The notes under the pieces: model-generated
What the model was told of the DNA's origin: nothing
The model's input: only the letters and a program-made list of their open reading frames with translations
Databases searched by the model: none
In this document: positions 9,159 through 18,178 of the stretch, piece by piece
Layout of the letters: each line of letters starts with the position of its first letter
Numbering within the stretch: the stretch's first letter is position 1
Translations under genes and position numbers: made by a program
IMG/VR virus record: IMGVR_UViG_3300044259_000047
Location: 1 to 64,000 of that record
Strand: one strand, 5' to 3'
DNA: 64,000 nt
DNA from: a virus
Taxonomy: Duplodnaviria; Caudoviricetes

Positions 9159-9428
9159 TTAAATTCTCTGCTTAAAGTTACACCAGCGTTCACCGCCAAA
9201 CTGATCGCGCTCAAATTCAGCGCTAATCTCACCTTCAAAGATTAGATCAAGTTTCATCTTTGTGCGAACAGTTTTCTTTACTGCAGCTTTGTAGTACATA
9301 GGTTGACGACTGAAATCAGTTTCCCAAGGACTAACGTCTTCGTGTTGGACTGTTTCATACGCAATCGGAAGACATTCAAAGTCTTCAGGAAGAGATTTTA
9401 CCCACTCAATAAATTCTTTTTTGTTCAT
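9159..9428 (-). CDS. hypothetical protein
   Basis: start trimmed to MNKKEF. Confidence 0.6.
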   Translation of the reverse strand: MNKKEFIEWVKSLPEDFECLPIAYETVQHEDVSPWETDFSRQPMYYKAAVKKTVRTKMKLDLIFEGEISAEFERDQFGGERWCNFKQRI

Positions 9429-9453
9429 AATATTTCTCATTACAAATACAAGA

Positions 9454-9654
9454 CTAAAGTCCAAATTCTTTCGCAGCTCTAAATAAAAGATCACCCATCG
9501 AAGATGACTGCATCAAATAACGATCAGATTTTACATCTGCCTTAACACAAGCTTCAGACGAATAAAGTTTCCATGCTTGTGTATTATCACATTTATGCAA
9601 TACAAATCCTGCTTCAATGAGGGATTGTTTGATTCTGGCTGCGTAGGTATTCAC
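9454..9654 (-). CDS. hypothetical protein
   Basis: GTGA overlap, AGGA RBS. Confidence 0.65.
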   Translation of the reverse strand: MNTYAARIKQSLIEAGFVLHKCDNTQAWKLYSSEACVKADVKSDRYLMQSSSMGDLLFRAAKEFGL

Positions 9655-9941
9655 TTAACTTTCCTTTCGTTCCATACTGATAAGATGCGCTCTGCGCAAA
9701 TAGCCATGACTGCTGTCTCGTATGGGCACTTTAATTTTTGTGCCATTTCTGACTCAGATTCTTTAACATAGATTTTCTGTGATACGCCGCACTCACGACA
9801 TTGTAAATAGACAATCCGATCAGGGTCATCCCTATGTCCAACCCTCTTTGTTTTTATGTTAGGTTGAATTCCACACCAAGGACAAGGTTTTGTGGCTTTC
9901 AATAAATTCTGTGCGTTCGAGATTTCTTTGATAACTTCCAT
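9651..9941 (-). CDS. Lar-like (restriction alleviation family) Zn-ribbon protein
   Basis: KPCPWCG...CRECG...WNER pattern. Confidence 0.6.
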   Translation of the reverse strand: MEVIKEISNAQNLLKATKPCPWCGIQPNIKTKRVGHRDDPDRIVYLQCRECGVSQKIYVKESESEMAQKLKCPYETAVMAICAERILSVWNERKVK

Positions 9942-9949
9942 AAAGACTC

Positions 9950-10465
9950 CTAATCAACCCACTCAGGCTTATTTCTTCCCGTCCACGTAGCAACAATTTG
10001 CCGTTTGTCTTGCCTTGTTTGCCACTCCTTGAACTTATGAGACAAGTATAGCTGATAGGCTTTTGGTACGTCAAGCCCTTTTGTTGTCAAAGCTTTGATT
10101 TTAAATTCATCAGGTATTGCACAGCGGAAATCAGTTTCATTCTCTTCTGTGATGCCTTGTGGGATAGATTTAAGCACATCAAGGTATTTAGAACTTGCGT
10201 GAATCTTCCCTGTACGGAATGTATATTCATCCGACAAAGCTTTAGCGTGATTCCACAACCAACGATAATTAGCTTTGCTTTCACGTACCCAGACATTACT
10301 TGGGTGATTTTGGTGCGTGGCTTTGTAAGCTAATTGAACACCATCAACTACAACATGAGCAGTGGAGAGAAGCTGTAGCACTTCAACTAATAACTTCCTG
10401 CAATGAATATCACAATGATCTTGTGCAGATTTGATAGGGCAATCGGAGGTTCGGAAGATGTTCAC
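9950..10465 (-). CDS. pyrimidine-dimer DNA glycosylase (DenV-like) family protein
   Basis: MNIF..P..SA..CD.H..K...E..QLLSTAH, YKATH.NHP..WVRES..NY.WL motifs. Confidence 0.8.
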   Translation of the reverse strand: MNIFRTSDCPIKSAQDHCDIHCRKLLVEVLQLLSTAHVVVDGVQLAYKATHQNHPSNVWVRESKANYRWLWNHAKALSDEYTFRTGKIHASSKYLDVLKSIPQGITEENETDFRCAIPDEFKIKALTTKGLDVPKAYQLYLSHKFKEWQTRQDKRQIVATWTGRNKPEWVD

Positions 10466-10477
10466 TTAATTTACCCC

Positions 10478-10648
10478 TCACAGACCAAAACGATTTTCAA
10501 CCAAAGCTTTACGATATTCGCCAGTCATAGGATTACCAAAGTAAGTCTTTGCACGAATAGCTTGCTGATATTTCACAGCTTCTTCCATGTTAATCAGCTT
10601 GGTGTCAAGGGCTTCTTTGATGATTTTGGTTGCAGTGGCTACGTTCAT
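10478..10648 (-). CDS. hypothetical protein
   Basis: AGGAGAAACACC RBS before MNVATA. Confidence 0.7.
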   Translation of the reverse strand: MNVATATKIIKEALDTKLINMEEAVKYQQAIRAKTYFGNPMTGEYRKALVENRFGL

Positions 10649-10684
10649 GGTGTTTCTCCTGAAGCTTCTGTGTTTGTTGAGATA

Positions 10685-10772
10685 ATTATTGCACACAAAA
10701 GAAAAGCCCGTCAACCATAGAGTCTATTAAAAAATTCTATAGCTAATAGGCTATTTGATTGACAAAGACTAT
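10685..10772 (-). promoter_or_regulatory. sigma70 promoter with upstream LysR/OxyR-like boxes
   Basis: TTGACG-18-AATAAT; upstream ATAG-N7-CAAT-N17-ATAG-N7-TAAT. Confidence 0.55.
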
Positions 10773-10778
10773 CTGTAT

Positions 10779-11048
10779 CTATTTATAAACGACTTTAGTG
10801 ACAACCACTTGTTCTTCGTGTCGCGTCAGACCTTCTTGTTCAATGTCACCATAGCCCCATCCATTATCATAGCTTGTTTCTACAGATACTTGCGCATAAG
10901 TTCCATCGTCTTTCTTGATGTAAAAGCTCTCGTAAGTGTTACGTTTGTGTGGCTCAGATTCAGAATCATAATGTTCGTCTGGATCATAACCATTTTCAGT
11001 GCACCATTCTTCAAATTCACAATAACCATCAAAACTAAATACACTCAT
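10779..11048 (-). CDS. hypothetical acidic protein
   Basis: GAGGAGA RBS. Confidence 0.7.
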   Translation of the reverse strand: MSVFSFDGYCEFEEWCTENGYDPDEHYDSESEPHKRNTYESFYIKKDDGTYAQVSVETSYDNGWGYGDIEQEGLTRHEEQVVVTKVVYK

Positions 11049-11059
11049 TTGTTTTCTCC

Positions 11060-11248
11060 TCAAAACGGTAAATTATTAAATGCAACAATTGCTAGAACAA
11101 TACCAATCAAAATACTTAAATAGTTTTGACCTCGATATTTTTCTTCGTACCTATCCCCACAACCTCCTAGATTTAACAAGCCGTCGATAATAAAACTGAA
11201 TGCGCCTAGACACAGCAGAAGCCATCCAATCCACGCAAGAACAATCAC
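11060..11248 (-). CDS. small membrane protein (2 TM)
   Basis: two hydrophobic helices; GGAGG RBS. Confidence 0.7.
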   Translation of the reverse strand: MIVLAWIGWLLLCLGAFSFIIDGLLNLGGCGDRYEEKYRGQNYLSILIGIVLAIVAFNNLPF

Positions 11249-11481
11249 TTCACAACCTCCTCATAGGAAAAGTTTTGTTTGTTATATAAGTCCAAGTAAG
11301 CTTGAGCACCAGCTAAATCATAGTAACCTTTACTATCATGCCAATCTTTGCTGTTATTCCCAACATGCAGACAAACCTCATCAAACCACAAAGGAATAAG
11401 CCATAAAAGCTTCACTTGATATTGAACTACATATCGTTCAAATCCACCATAAACACGTTTAATGATTCGACGTTTAGTCAT
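11245..11481 (-). CDS. hypothetical protein
   Basis: start trimmed to MTKRRII. Confidence 0.65.
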   Translation of the reverse strand: MTKRRIIKRVYGGFERYVVQYQVKLLWLIPLWFDEVCLHVGNNSKDWHDSKGYYDLAGAQAYLDLYNKQNFSYEEVVK

Positions 11482-11623
11482 AATCTTCGTCGTCCTCTTT
11501 AGGCATCTGCCAATCTGGTGTACGTGAAACATCCCAACCATTCTCGCCCCAATATTCACATTGAGGGCAAGTGCAGTAGTTTGGAAGATTGCAAGATGCT
11601 TCTCTATCCTCGTAGTAGTCCAT
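11474..11623 (-). CDS. small Cys-containing acidic protein (49 aa, not in track)
   Basis: GGAGGAG RBS; MDYYED...CTCPQC...EDDEDYD. Confidence 0.55.
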   Translation of the reverse strand: MDYYEDREASCNLPNYCTCPQCEYWGENGWDVSRTPDWQMPKEDDEDYD

Positions 11624-11795
11624 TCTCTCCTCCTAAACTAACAAGACGCTCTCCCAACAAAATCTTATCTCTCACTTTCTCCTTATCAATGCAAACAATA
11701 TCAGCAATTTGAGATAATGTAAATCCTTCTTGCCTAAGATTGTAACAACGGATAGCTTGAGCGTGTGAGCGTTTCTGTGCTCCTGATCCCGGCAC
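11604..11795 (-). CDS. small HTH DNA-binding protein
   Basis: LRQEGFTLSQIADIVCIDKEKVR sigma4-like HTH. Confidence 0.65.
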   Translation of the reverse strand: MPGSGAQKRSHAQAIRCYNLRQEGFTLSQIADIVCIDKEKVRDKILLGERLVSLGGENGLLRG

Positions 11796-12004
11796 TATTG
11801 GATTTCCTCCAAAACATAATCACTTTGACTATCAAACAATCCTTTACCGTCATCCATCCAACTACGATATAGAGTATGTGCATGCAAAGCAAATGCTGAT
11901 TTAGCAGCACCAGATGTAGTCCAACCAGCCTTACTTCCAAATTTAATCAGCTTTCCTGTACTCACTTCACGAATAGCAAATACTGTTGTGTATTGTGGTT
12001 TCAT
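11795..12004 (-). CDS. hypothetical protein
   Basis: operon ORF. Confidence 0.65.
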   Translation of the reverse strand: MKPQYTTVFAIREVSTGKLIKFGSKAGWTTSGAAKSAFALHAHTLYRSWMDDGKGLFDSQSDYVLEEIQ

Positions 12005-12005
12005 A

Positions 12006-13379
12006 TCATTTCTTCTCCACGAAGCAAAATTTATCAGACCCCATAACCTTTAAGTAAGCATCCTTCATGTACTGCAATGCCACGCCCTCAAGCTCTTGAA
12101 GGACAATAACAGAATCGTGCTCAGGAAGCAATACCTCACCTTGCATAATCAGCTTGCTCATTACGTCTGAAAGAATCTCGCTGTCAAGATATTGAAGGCT
12201 AACCCCTTGATCTTTAAAGAAATACTTCACAATAGGGCTGTTATGGTATGCGACAGCTTGCACAGAATCTCCACTACGAAATTCAAGCTCTCCTTTCTTA
12301 TCAATATCAGGCTCAATGCCGAAATACAAGCAATCTACCTCATCTTGAGTGCCACGCTGGTCGAAGTCCGCTTTATAATGTTTTGTAATATTAGTGCAAG
12401 CTTTTGTGTATGATTTAGCATTAAGAGAAATCATTACAATGCGTTTCTGCAAGTTACGCACAGGATCATATTTAGGTTTGTTATATTTAGACCTGAACCA
12501 TTCAATCTTTTCTTGATCGACATTAAGAAATGACAGGTCAGCACCGTAAGGGTTATAAACACCATTCCATTCTGTCGCAATCCAAGACTCTAGACCTTCG
12601 GGATTTTCTTGCCACTCACGTTCATAAAGCAAAGAGGCGTGCATGGCTTTAAAATCTAATTCAATCACGTTCTTACCATTAATTTTCAATTCTGCTCGCT
12701 CCTCTTGACTCAAGATTTGAACACCGCCTGCCGTGTTATACATACGACCACCAAGAGTTAAGTTGTCAATAAAAGATCGTTTATACATTTGCACAGGCAA
12801 CACCTGACCTTCGTGCTCAATTTCTGTTTCTGATAACAGACTATTAAATGTCATCATCTGCTGCCTAATGTCACGAACTCCCGCAAATCCTTTGGTATTC
12901 TTAAGTTCTTTTGATTCTCGATCTTTGATTTCAACAAGATTTATAATGTCTTTTTCATCAGAAACATCCGTACCTACCCACAAAGATAGGTATTTTTCGG
13001 TGAATAGGCACCTGCTTCCTACAATATCCATTTCTTTCCAGTCCAAAACACCACCGAGATAGGTGTCAATGTACCCTGATTCTGAGAGCAAGTCAAGCAG
13101 TTTTACCATTTTTCTGTGTCTGATGCTTTGTTCATTGCCCTTGTATGGTGCGAAGTCACGAGGAATAGAAAGACCTTTAGCCTTGTGTTTGATTGCCCTT
13201 GCTGTATTTGTAACAAGACACCAAATCTCTTTATTATACTCCTTACCTACTAAAGATTCAATTTCTTTGAAGATATGTTCATATTTCTTTGTTCTGTTGT
13301 AATGGATGTTAAAATGTGTACACAATGTAACTACATTCTTTCTTTCTTCTTTATCCATCATCCATAGCTTTAATATCAA
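12006..13379 (-). CDS. PolA/T7-RNAP-superfamily polymerase-like protein without exonuclease domain
   Basis: GGRMY...Q, motif A ELDFKAMH, motif B RNLQK, LQYLDSEI, motif C PEHDSVIV. Confidence 0.7.
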   Translation of the reverse strand: MILKLWMMDKEERKNVVTLCTHFNIHYNRTKKYEHIFKEIESLVGKEYNKEIWCLVTNTARAIKHKAKGLSIPRDFAPYKGNEQSIRHRKMVKLLDLLSESGYIDTYLGGVLDWKEMDIVGSRCLFTEKYLSLWVGTDVSDEKDIINLVEIKDRESKELKNTKGFAGVRDIRQQMMTFNSLLSETEIEHEGQVLPVQMYKRSFIDNLTLGGRMYNTAGGVQILSQEERAELKINGKNVIELDFKAMHASLLYEREWQENPEGLESWIATEWNGVYNPYGADLSFLNVDQEKIEWFRSKYNKPKYDPVRNLQKRIVMISLNAKSYTKACTNITKHYKADFDQRGTQDEVDCLYFGIEPDIDKKGELEFRSGDSVQAVAYHNSPIVKYFFKDQGVSLQYLDSEILSDVMSKLIMQGEVLLPEHDSVIVLQELEGVALQYMKDAYLKVMGSDKFCFVEKK

Positions 13380-13533
13380 TCCTCTATCTCTCCTTAAGAA
13401 GTAGTATTAGTAATCAGGTATTAGTAATTATACAAGATAGTCAAGCAAATTTAGCTGCAGCCCTACTCCCACAACGGTTGTAGCATTTCATAGTACCTTC
13501 AATAGCCTGAATTTATGCATATATTGTCCATAT

Positions 13534-13562
13534 ATTCTAACACAAACACCACAACACGCCAA
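13534..13562 (-). promoter_or_regulatory. sigma70-like promoter for polymerase-like gene
   Basis: TTGGCG-17-TAGAAT with TG extension. Confidence 0.6.
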
Positions 13563-13607
13563 TGAAGAAAATCTATCACCTATCCCACACCCAATCAAAA
13601 CATACTA

Positions 13608-13636
13608 TTGGATTTACACCTTCTTTGCTGTAGAAT
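13608..13636 (+). promoter_or_regulatory. divergent sigma70-like promoter
   Basis: TTGGAT-17-TAGAAT at the strand switch. Confidence 0.6.
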
Positions 13637-13705
13637 GAATGGCATGCAGGATGATTGATGGATCGTTTGATCCATCACAAATACAAACAAATGGAGATAC
13701 AAGAA

Positions 13706-14128
13706 ATGGGCATGTACACTGAAATTTATGTAAAGCTTTCGCTGGAACAAGACACCCCAAAGGAAATCATTGAAATCCTTAAACATATGATGGGAGAAGA
13801 TGCTGAGATTCCTAAGGGGAAGCTTCCAGACCATGAGCTGTTCACAAAGCCTTGTTGGGAGTTCATGTTGCGCTGTTCTTCGTACTACCACATCCCAGAT
13901 TGTGTAGGTAAGCTCTGGTATAATGAAATTGCACACCAATGGTTCTTGGTGAATCGAAGCGATCTAAAGAACTATGAATCAGAGATTGAATCTTTCTTTG
14001 ATTGGATCTATCCTTATGTCGAACATAACCACGATAAACAGTTTCTTGGCTATGAATTGTATGAAGAAGAGTGTGAACCTACCATGTACTATAAGACTGA
14101 CAGTGGCTTGCAGATCAAAATGCCCTAA
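13706..14128 (+). CDS. conserved hypothetical phage protein
   Basis: GGAGA RBS; MGMYTE...RSDLKNYESEIE.F.DWI motif. Confidence 0.75.
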   Translation: MGMYTEIYVKLSLEQDTPKEIIEILKHMMGEDAEIPKGKLPDHELFTKPCWEFMLRCSSYYHIPDCVGKLWYNEIAHQWFLVNRSDLKNYESEIESFFDWIYPYVEHNHDKQFLGYELYEEECEPTMYYKTDSGLQIKMP

Positions 14129-14182
14129 TTACTAGGGAAATACAGCTAAAATAAACGCTTTAGCACACAAGACATACAGAGC

Positions 14183-14211
14183 TTGCGCTTAGAGAAGAAA
14201 TGCGCTAGAAT
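14183..14211 (+). promoter_or_regulatory. sigma70-like promoter
   Basis: TTGCGC-17-TAGAAT. Confidence 0.6.
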
Positions 14212-14240
14212 GTGTGAAAAACCTGAGGAAATAGGAGAAA

Positions 14241-14540
14241 ATGATGGACAATTATAAAGAGTGGTACGAAGAAGCGATCTCAGCCTCCAACGAGCTAGGC
14301 TATGCCTGTATGTCAGTAGCAGATGTTATTAAATGTCTTGGAGAAGAGCTTAAATATAACGAGAAATCTGTAGATTGCTTTAACGCTGTTATCAGCTACA
14401 TTCTCGGCAAAGGCTACACAGAAGAACCTCTTGAATTCCTACGCTGCTGGAATGAAGGTGATTTTGATCTTCTGCGTACAGGGTGGCCAGACGCACCAAA
14501 AGAAATTTACTATGCTGATCCTTTGTACAAAGGCGAATAA
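14241..14540 (+). CDS. hypothetical protein
   Basis: AGGAGA RBS; FLRCWNEGDFD..R..WPDAP motif. Confidence 0.75.
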   Translation: MMDNYKEWYEEAISASNELGYACMSVADVIKCLGEELKYNEKSVDCFNAVISYILGKGYTEEPLEFLRCWNEGDFDLLRTGWPDAPKEIYYADPLYKGE

Positions 14541-14551
14541 GGAGAATTGAG

Positions 14552-14779
14552 ATGACTAAGCAAATTGTTTATGTGGTTACTATGCAGCGGTGGGGAGATG
14601 ATGAGTCTCATAATTATGTGAAGGGTGTGTTCACGAAGAAAGCACAAGCCCAGAAGTGCGGAGAAGCTGAAAGAACTTACCGTGGATGCAAATATGAACC
14701 TAAAATCTCAGAGCTTATCCTTGACGAGCACGACCAAGAAACGCTGGACTACATGGAAAAGATCCTTGGTGGTGCTTGA
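14552..14779 (+). CDS. hypothetical protein
   Basis: AGGAGA RBS. Confidence 0.7.
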   Translation: MTKQIVYVVTMQRWGDDESHNYVKGVFTKKAQAQKCGEAERTYRGCKYEPKISELILDEHDQETLDYMEKILGGA

Positions 14780-14838
14780 CACAGAGCGCAGAATGGTGTT
14801 TACTTAGTACATCGAAACCAAATCTAGGAAGAAAAGCC

Positions 14839-15123
14839 ATGAAACAGATCGTTGAAATTGACAATATCATTCTGACCTGTGACATTCACAGCTATATCAA
14901 AAAGTCACCAGATTTCAACTCATGGGCGTCAGATGTTGATTACTACGGCTATGAAGATCTTGAGTTCACTGTTGAAAGTGCTCTTGAGCTTGACGAAGAC
15001 GGACTACCATTTGACTTATCTTCGTCTGAGATTGACAAGCTGATGGCTGATGAGTGGTTTGTGAAGCTTGTTGAGAAAGAGTTGATTAAGATTATTGAAG
15101 CTGAGAAGGAGAGTGCAGAATGA
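14839..15123 (+). CDS. hypothetical acidic protein
   Basis: start trimmed to MKQIVE. Confidence 0.65.
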   Translation: MKQIVEIDNIILTCDIHSYIKKSPDFNSWASDVDYYGYEDLEFTVESALELDEDGLPFDLSSSEIDKLMADEWFVKLVEKELIKIIEAEKESAE

Positions 15124-15347
15124 GCTTTACTATTGAAAAGATTTTACGTGTTTACGACGATTCTGAGGGCTACTATCTAGAAATTCGTCAAAACCCAGAT
15201 TTCCCAGAAAGTGGGATTGAGATTCATACGAATGGCGTTAAAGAAAACGAAGATTGGTATGGTAAAGTAAATATCCCTATCAATTCAAGGGAACATGCGC
15301 AGATGCTGGCTAAAGCACTACTTGAGATGTCGGAGATGATTAAATGA
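15120..15347 (+). CDS. hypothetical protein
   Basis: ATGA overlap, AGGAG RBS. Confidence 0.7.
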   Translation: MSFTIEKILRVYDDSEGYYLEIRQNPDFPESGIEIHTNGVKENEDWYGKVNIPINSREHAQMLAKALLEMSEMIK

Positions 15348-15730
15348 TTACTAAATTTGTAGATATTTTCATGCAACACCAAGAAGAACTGAAAGAGTTC
15401 TTTGTAAAACATCCAGACAATTACAAAGATGTTGTTAAGGCTGTTATTAGTCTAATCAGTATGTACGATGATAGTTATGAATCGCCAGACCCTGATTTGA
15501 TTCATGAGATTGATGACGGGGAATATCAAGGAACTTTGGTATATATTATTGCATCAAAAGGCTATCAGCCCGACACCTACTGGGCTGTAAAAGTGGGGTA
15601 TGGTAGTTGTTCTGGCTGTGATACATTGGAAGCTATTCGTGATTACAGTAATGATGCCCCGGATGAACAACAGATTAAAGATTATATGACTTTGTGCCTT
15701 CATATTATTCAAGGCTTGAAGGAAATCTAA
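15344..15730 (+). CDS. conserved hypothetical phage protein
   Basis: DGEYQGT...YGSCSGCDTL motif. Confidence 0.75.
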   Translation: MITKFVDIFMQHQEELKEFFVKHPDNYKDVVKAVISLISMYDDSYESPDPDLIHEIDDGEYQGTLVYIIASKGYQPDTYWAVKVGYGSCSGCDTLEAIRDYSNDAPDEQQIKDYMTLCLHIIQGLKEI

Positions 15731-15972
15731 TGACATTCAAAGTAAACATCGAACAGGGCACAAGCCTTTACACAACAGATGAGCTTATTTCCTATGGGCT
15801 TTCTGGCTGTCTTTATGCTGGAGAAGTTTGTCTTCAAGAACTTATAGAGAAGATTGTAGAGGAGCCTATGACTAAGGAAGATGAGTATATAGAAGACGAT
15901 ATTGATAATGCTCGTCGAGAAGGCTATGAAGAAGCCTGCGAAGAAATCATTGGATTTGTGAGGAATTTGTGA
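15730..15972 (+). CDS. hypothetical protein
   Basis: TAATG overlap. Confidence 0.6.
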   Translation: MTFKVNIEQGTSLYTTDELISYGLSGCLYAGEVCLQELIEKIVEEPMTKEDEYIEDDIDNARREGYEEACEEIIGFVRNL

Positions 15973-16184
15973 TGGAAATTAATGTTAAAAGTCTTATCAA
16001 AGAAGGTGTGACTGCATTCAATTTAGCCTCTGGGTTAGTTTATAAAGATCAAGATGGCGACTACGTACTGGCCTGTGACCAAGATTATGTAGTTGTGCTA
16101 CAAACAGGGAGACTTTTAAATCTAATGGATTATGATGAGGATGCTTTATTTGAAGAAGTTTCAGCGCATTTGGAGATTTATTAA
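15969..16184 (+). CDS. hypothetical protein
   Basis: operon ORF. Confidence 0.6.
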   Translation: MMEINVKSLIKEGVTAFNLASGLVYKDQDGDYVLACDQDYVVVLQTGRLLNLMDYDEDALFEEVSAHLEIY

Positions 16185-16373
16185 ATGAACGTGACAAAAC
16201 ATTCTAGTAAGAACAGTTTATTGAAAGAGTTGAAAAAGCAATTAGACCTTGGGAATACACAAGTTGCGATCACATTGGAAGAGGATGAAGCGGATTCTTC
16301 GAAAAATGTGTATATGCTTGTTGTGCATGGGAGTATTTCCTGCGGAAACAATGAAAAGGTGGAAGGTGAATGA
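16185..16373 (+). CDS. hypothetical protein
   Basis: GGAGA RBS. Confidence 0.55.
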   Translation: MNVTKHSSKNSLLKELKKQLDLGNTQVAITLEEDEADSSKNVYMLVVHGSISCGNNEKVEGE

Positions 16374-18136
16374 CTGAGAAAGTCGATGGAGAATTGCTTT
16401 ACCACGCAGAATGTATTGGAGAAGACTGCACATCATCAGATGGTATGGCTGTTTACCAAAAAGAAATTGATGGTGAAAAGATTCTTGACGCATATTGCTT
16501 TGTTTGTCAGAACTATTTCAAACACGATCAACTTGAAGAAGTTGGGGTGAAAATTAAAGATGGGAGGAAGAAAGTGTCAGAAGTAGTAGATTTTAGTGAA
16601 ATTCAAAAGATTGATTTCCGTGGCTGGAAAGAGCGTGGTATTGGTCAACCAGTATCCGCAAAGTATGGCGTACACACAGAGATTGAAAACGAGTTTGATG
16701 TTGTAGCAAGGTATTATCCATCAACAGTAGATGGTAAAGTTGTAGGCTTTAAGAAAAGAATTGCACCCAAGGACTTTGTGGGTATTGGTAGCACCAAGGC
16801 AACGAATGAGTTGTTTGGTCAATCTGTATTTGAGGCTGGTCAAGACTATCTAGTCATTGTAACTGGTGAAGAGGATGCACTTGCATTTGCTCAAACCCTT
16901 CACACTAAAACTCGTGATAAGAATGGCAAAGAAGTAGAATATTGGACTCCAGTAATCAGTGTTACTTGCGGCGATGGAAGTATTGTCAAACAGTTTAAAG
17001 CAAACTTTGAGTACATCAACTCATTCAAAAAAGTTGTTCTTGCTTTTGATAATGATGAATCAGCACAGAAACACGTTGAAGAAGCTGCTCGTATTCTAGC
17101 GCCGGGTAAAGCATTTATTGCTAAGTTCCCTCAAGGGGTTAAAGATGCTTCGGATATGGTTAAAGCTGGACGTTCTTCAGAACTTAAACAAATCTTCTGG
17201 AAAGCCGTACCGTTTAGTCGTGTTGACGTTCTACACCTTAGTCAGATGTGGGAAGACTTTGAGAACGAAGATAATAACATCAAAATCCCACTACCTTCCT
17301 CATGGGCACAGATCAATGAGATGATGAATGGTGGTATGGAAAAAGGTGAGATTACCCTACTTGGAGCATTGACAAGTATTGGTAAATCATCTATTCTTAA
17401 TAACGTTGTCTTTCATTTGATTGAGAATACACGATTTAAAGTGGGCGCAATGTACCTTGAAGGTACTAAGCGTGAAGTTGTACGTGACCTACTGTCGCTA
17501 GATGCTGGCGTTAACCTACGTACAGTTAATCGAGACACGATTGATATTGATGGCTTGAAGCGCCGATTCTTTGAAAACCTTGCTAAGAAAGATCAATTTG
17601 TTTATGTGGATCACCAAGGTAGTATTTCAACAACTGAAATCTTTGAAAAGCTTAACTATCTTGCGAAGGCTGAAGGTTGTGATGTTATTGTGATTGACCC
17701 AATTCAAGCTGGTGTGAATAGTAGTGAGAACGGTGCAATTATTGACTTCATGGATACACTTCTGAAGTTTGCAAAAGAGACAGACACTTGTGTGATTGCG
17801 GTAAGCCACATGAAGAAGCCATCTGATGATGACCCACATAATGTTTCGGAATATTCGCTTTTAGGGTCCAGTTCTTTGAATCAAATTGCATTCAACACTA
17901 TTCTGTTGTCACGCGACAAGATGAACGAAGATCCTGTAAAACGTTCTGCGACGAAACTACAGTTGGTGAAATGCCGTCGTACAGGTAATACGGGTGAAGC
18001 TGGATGGTTGCGATATGACCATGAAACAACACATATGTATGCTACTTCAAATCCATATGTAGAAGAAACTTATCTTGCCGATGGTCCACCAAATGTAGAA
18101 AATCTTGAGCCACCAGCATATGTAGTTGATTTTTGA
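16370..18136 (+). CDS. DNA primase-helicase (T7 gp4-like)
   Basis: N-terminal Zn finger (C..C, YCFVC), TOPRIM GEEDA/FDND, Walker A GALTSIGKS, VIVIDP, KCRRTGNTG. Confidence 0.95.
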   Translation: MTEKVDGELLYHAECIGEDCTSSDGMAVYQKEIDGEKILDAYCFVCQNYFKHDQLEEVGVKIKDGRKKVSEVVDFSEIQKIDFRGWKERGIGQPVSAKYGVHTEIENEFDVVARYYPSTVDGKVVGFKKRIAPKDFVGIGSTKATNELFGQSVFEAGQDYLVIVTGEEDALAFAQTLHTKTRDKNGKEVEYWTPVISVTCGDGSIVKQFKANFEYINSFKKVVLAFDNDESAQKHVEEAARILAPGKAFIAKFPQGVKDASDMVKAGRSSELKQIFWKAVPFSRVDVLHLSQMWEDFENEDNNIKIPLPSSWAQINEMMNGGMEKGEITLLGALTSIGKSSILNNVVFHLIENTRFKVGAMYLEGTKREVVRDLLSLDAGVNLRTVNRDTIDIDGLKRRFFENLAKKDQFVYVDHQGSISTTEIFEKLNYLAKAEGCDVIVIDPIQAGVNSSENGAIIDFMDTLLKFAKETDTCVIAVSHMKKPSDDDPHNVSEYSLLGSSSLNQIAFNTILLSRDKMNEDPVKRSATKLQLVKCRRTGNTGEAGWLRYDHETTHMYATSNPYVEETYLADGPPNVENLEPPAYVVDF

Positions 18137-18178
18137 ATAAAGGAGGACTAGAATCCTCCAATAAAAGGAGATTTTGGT

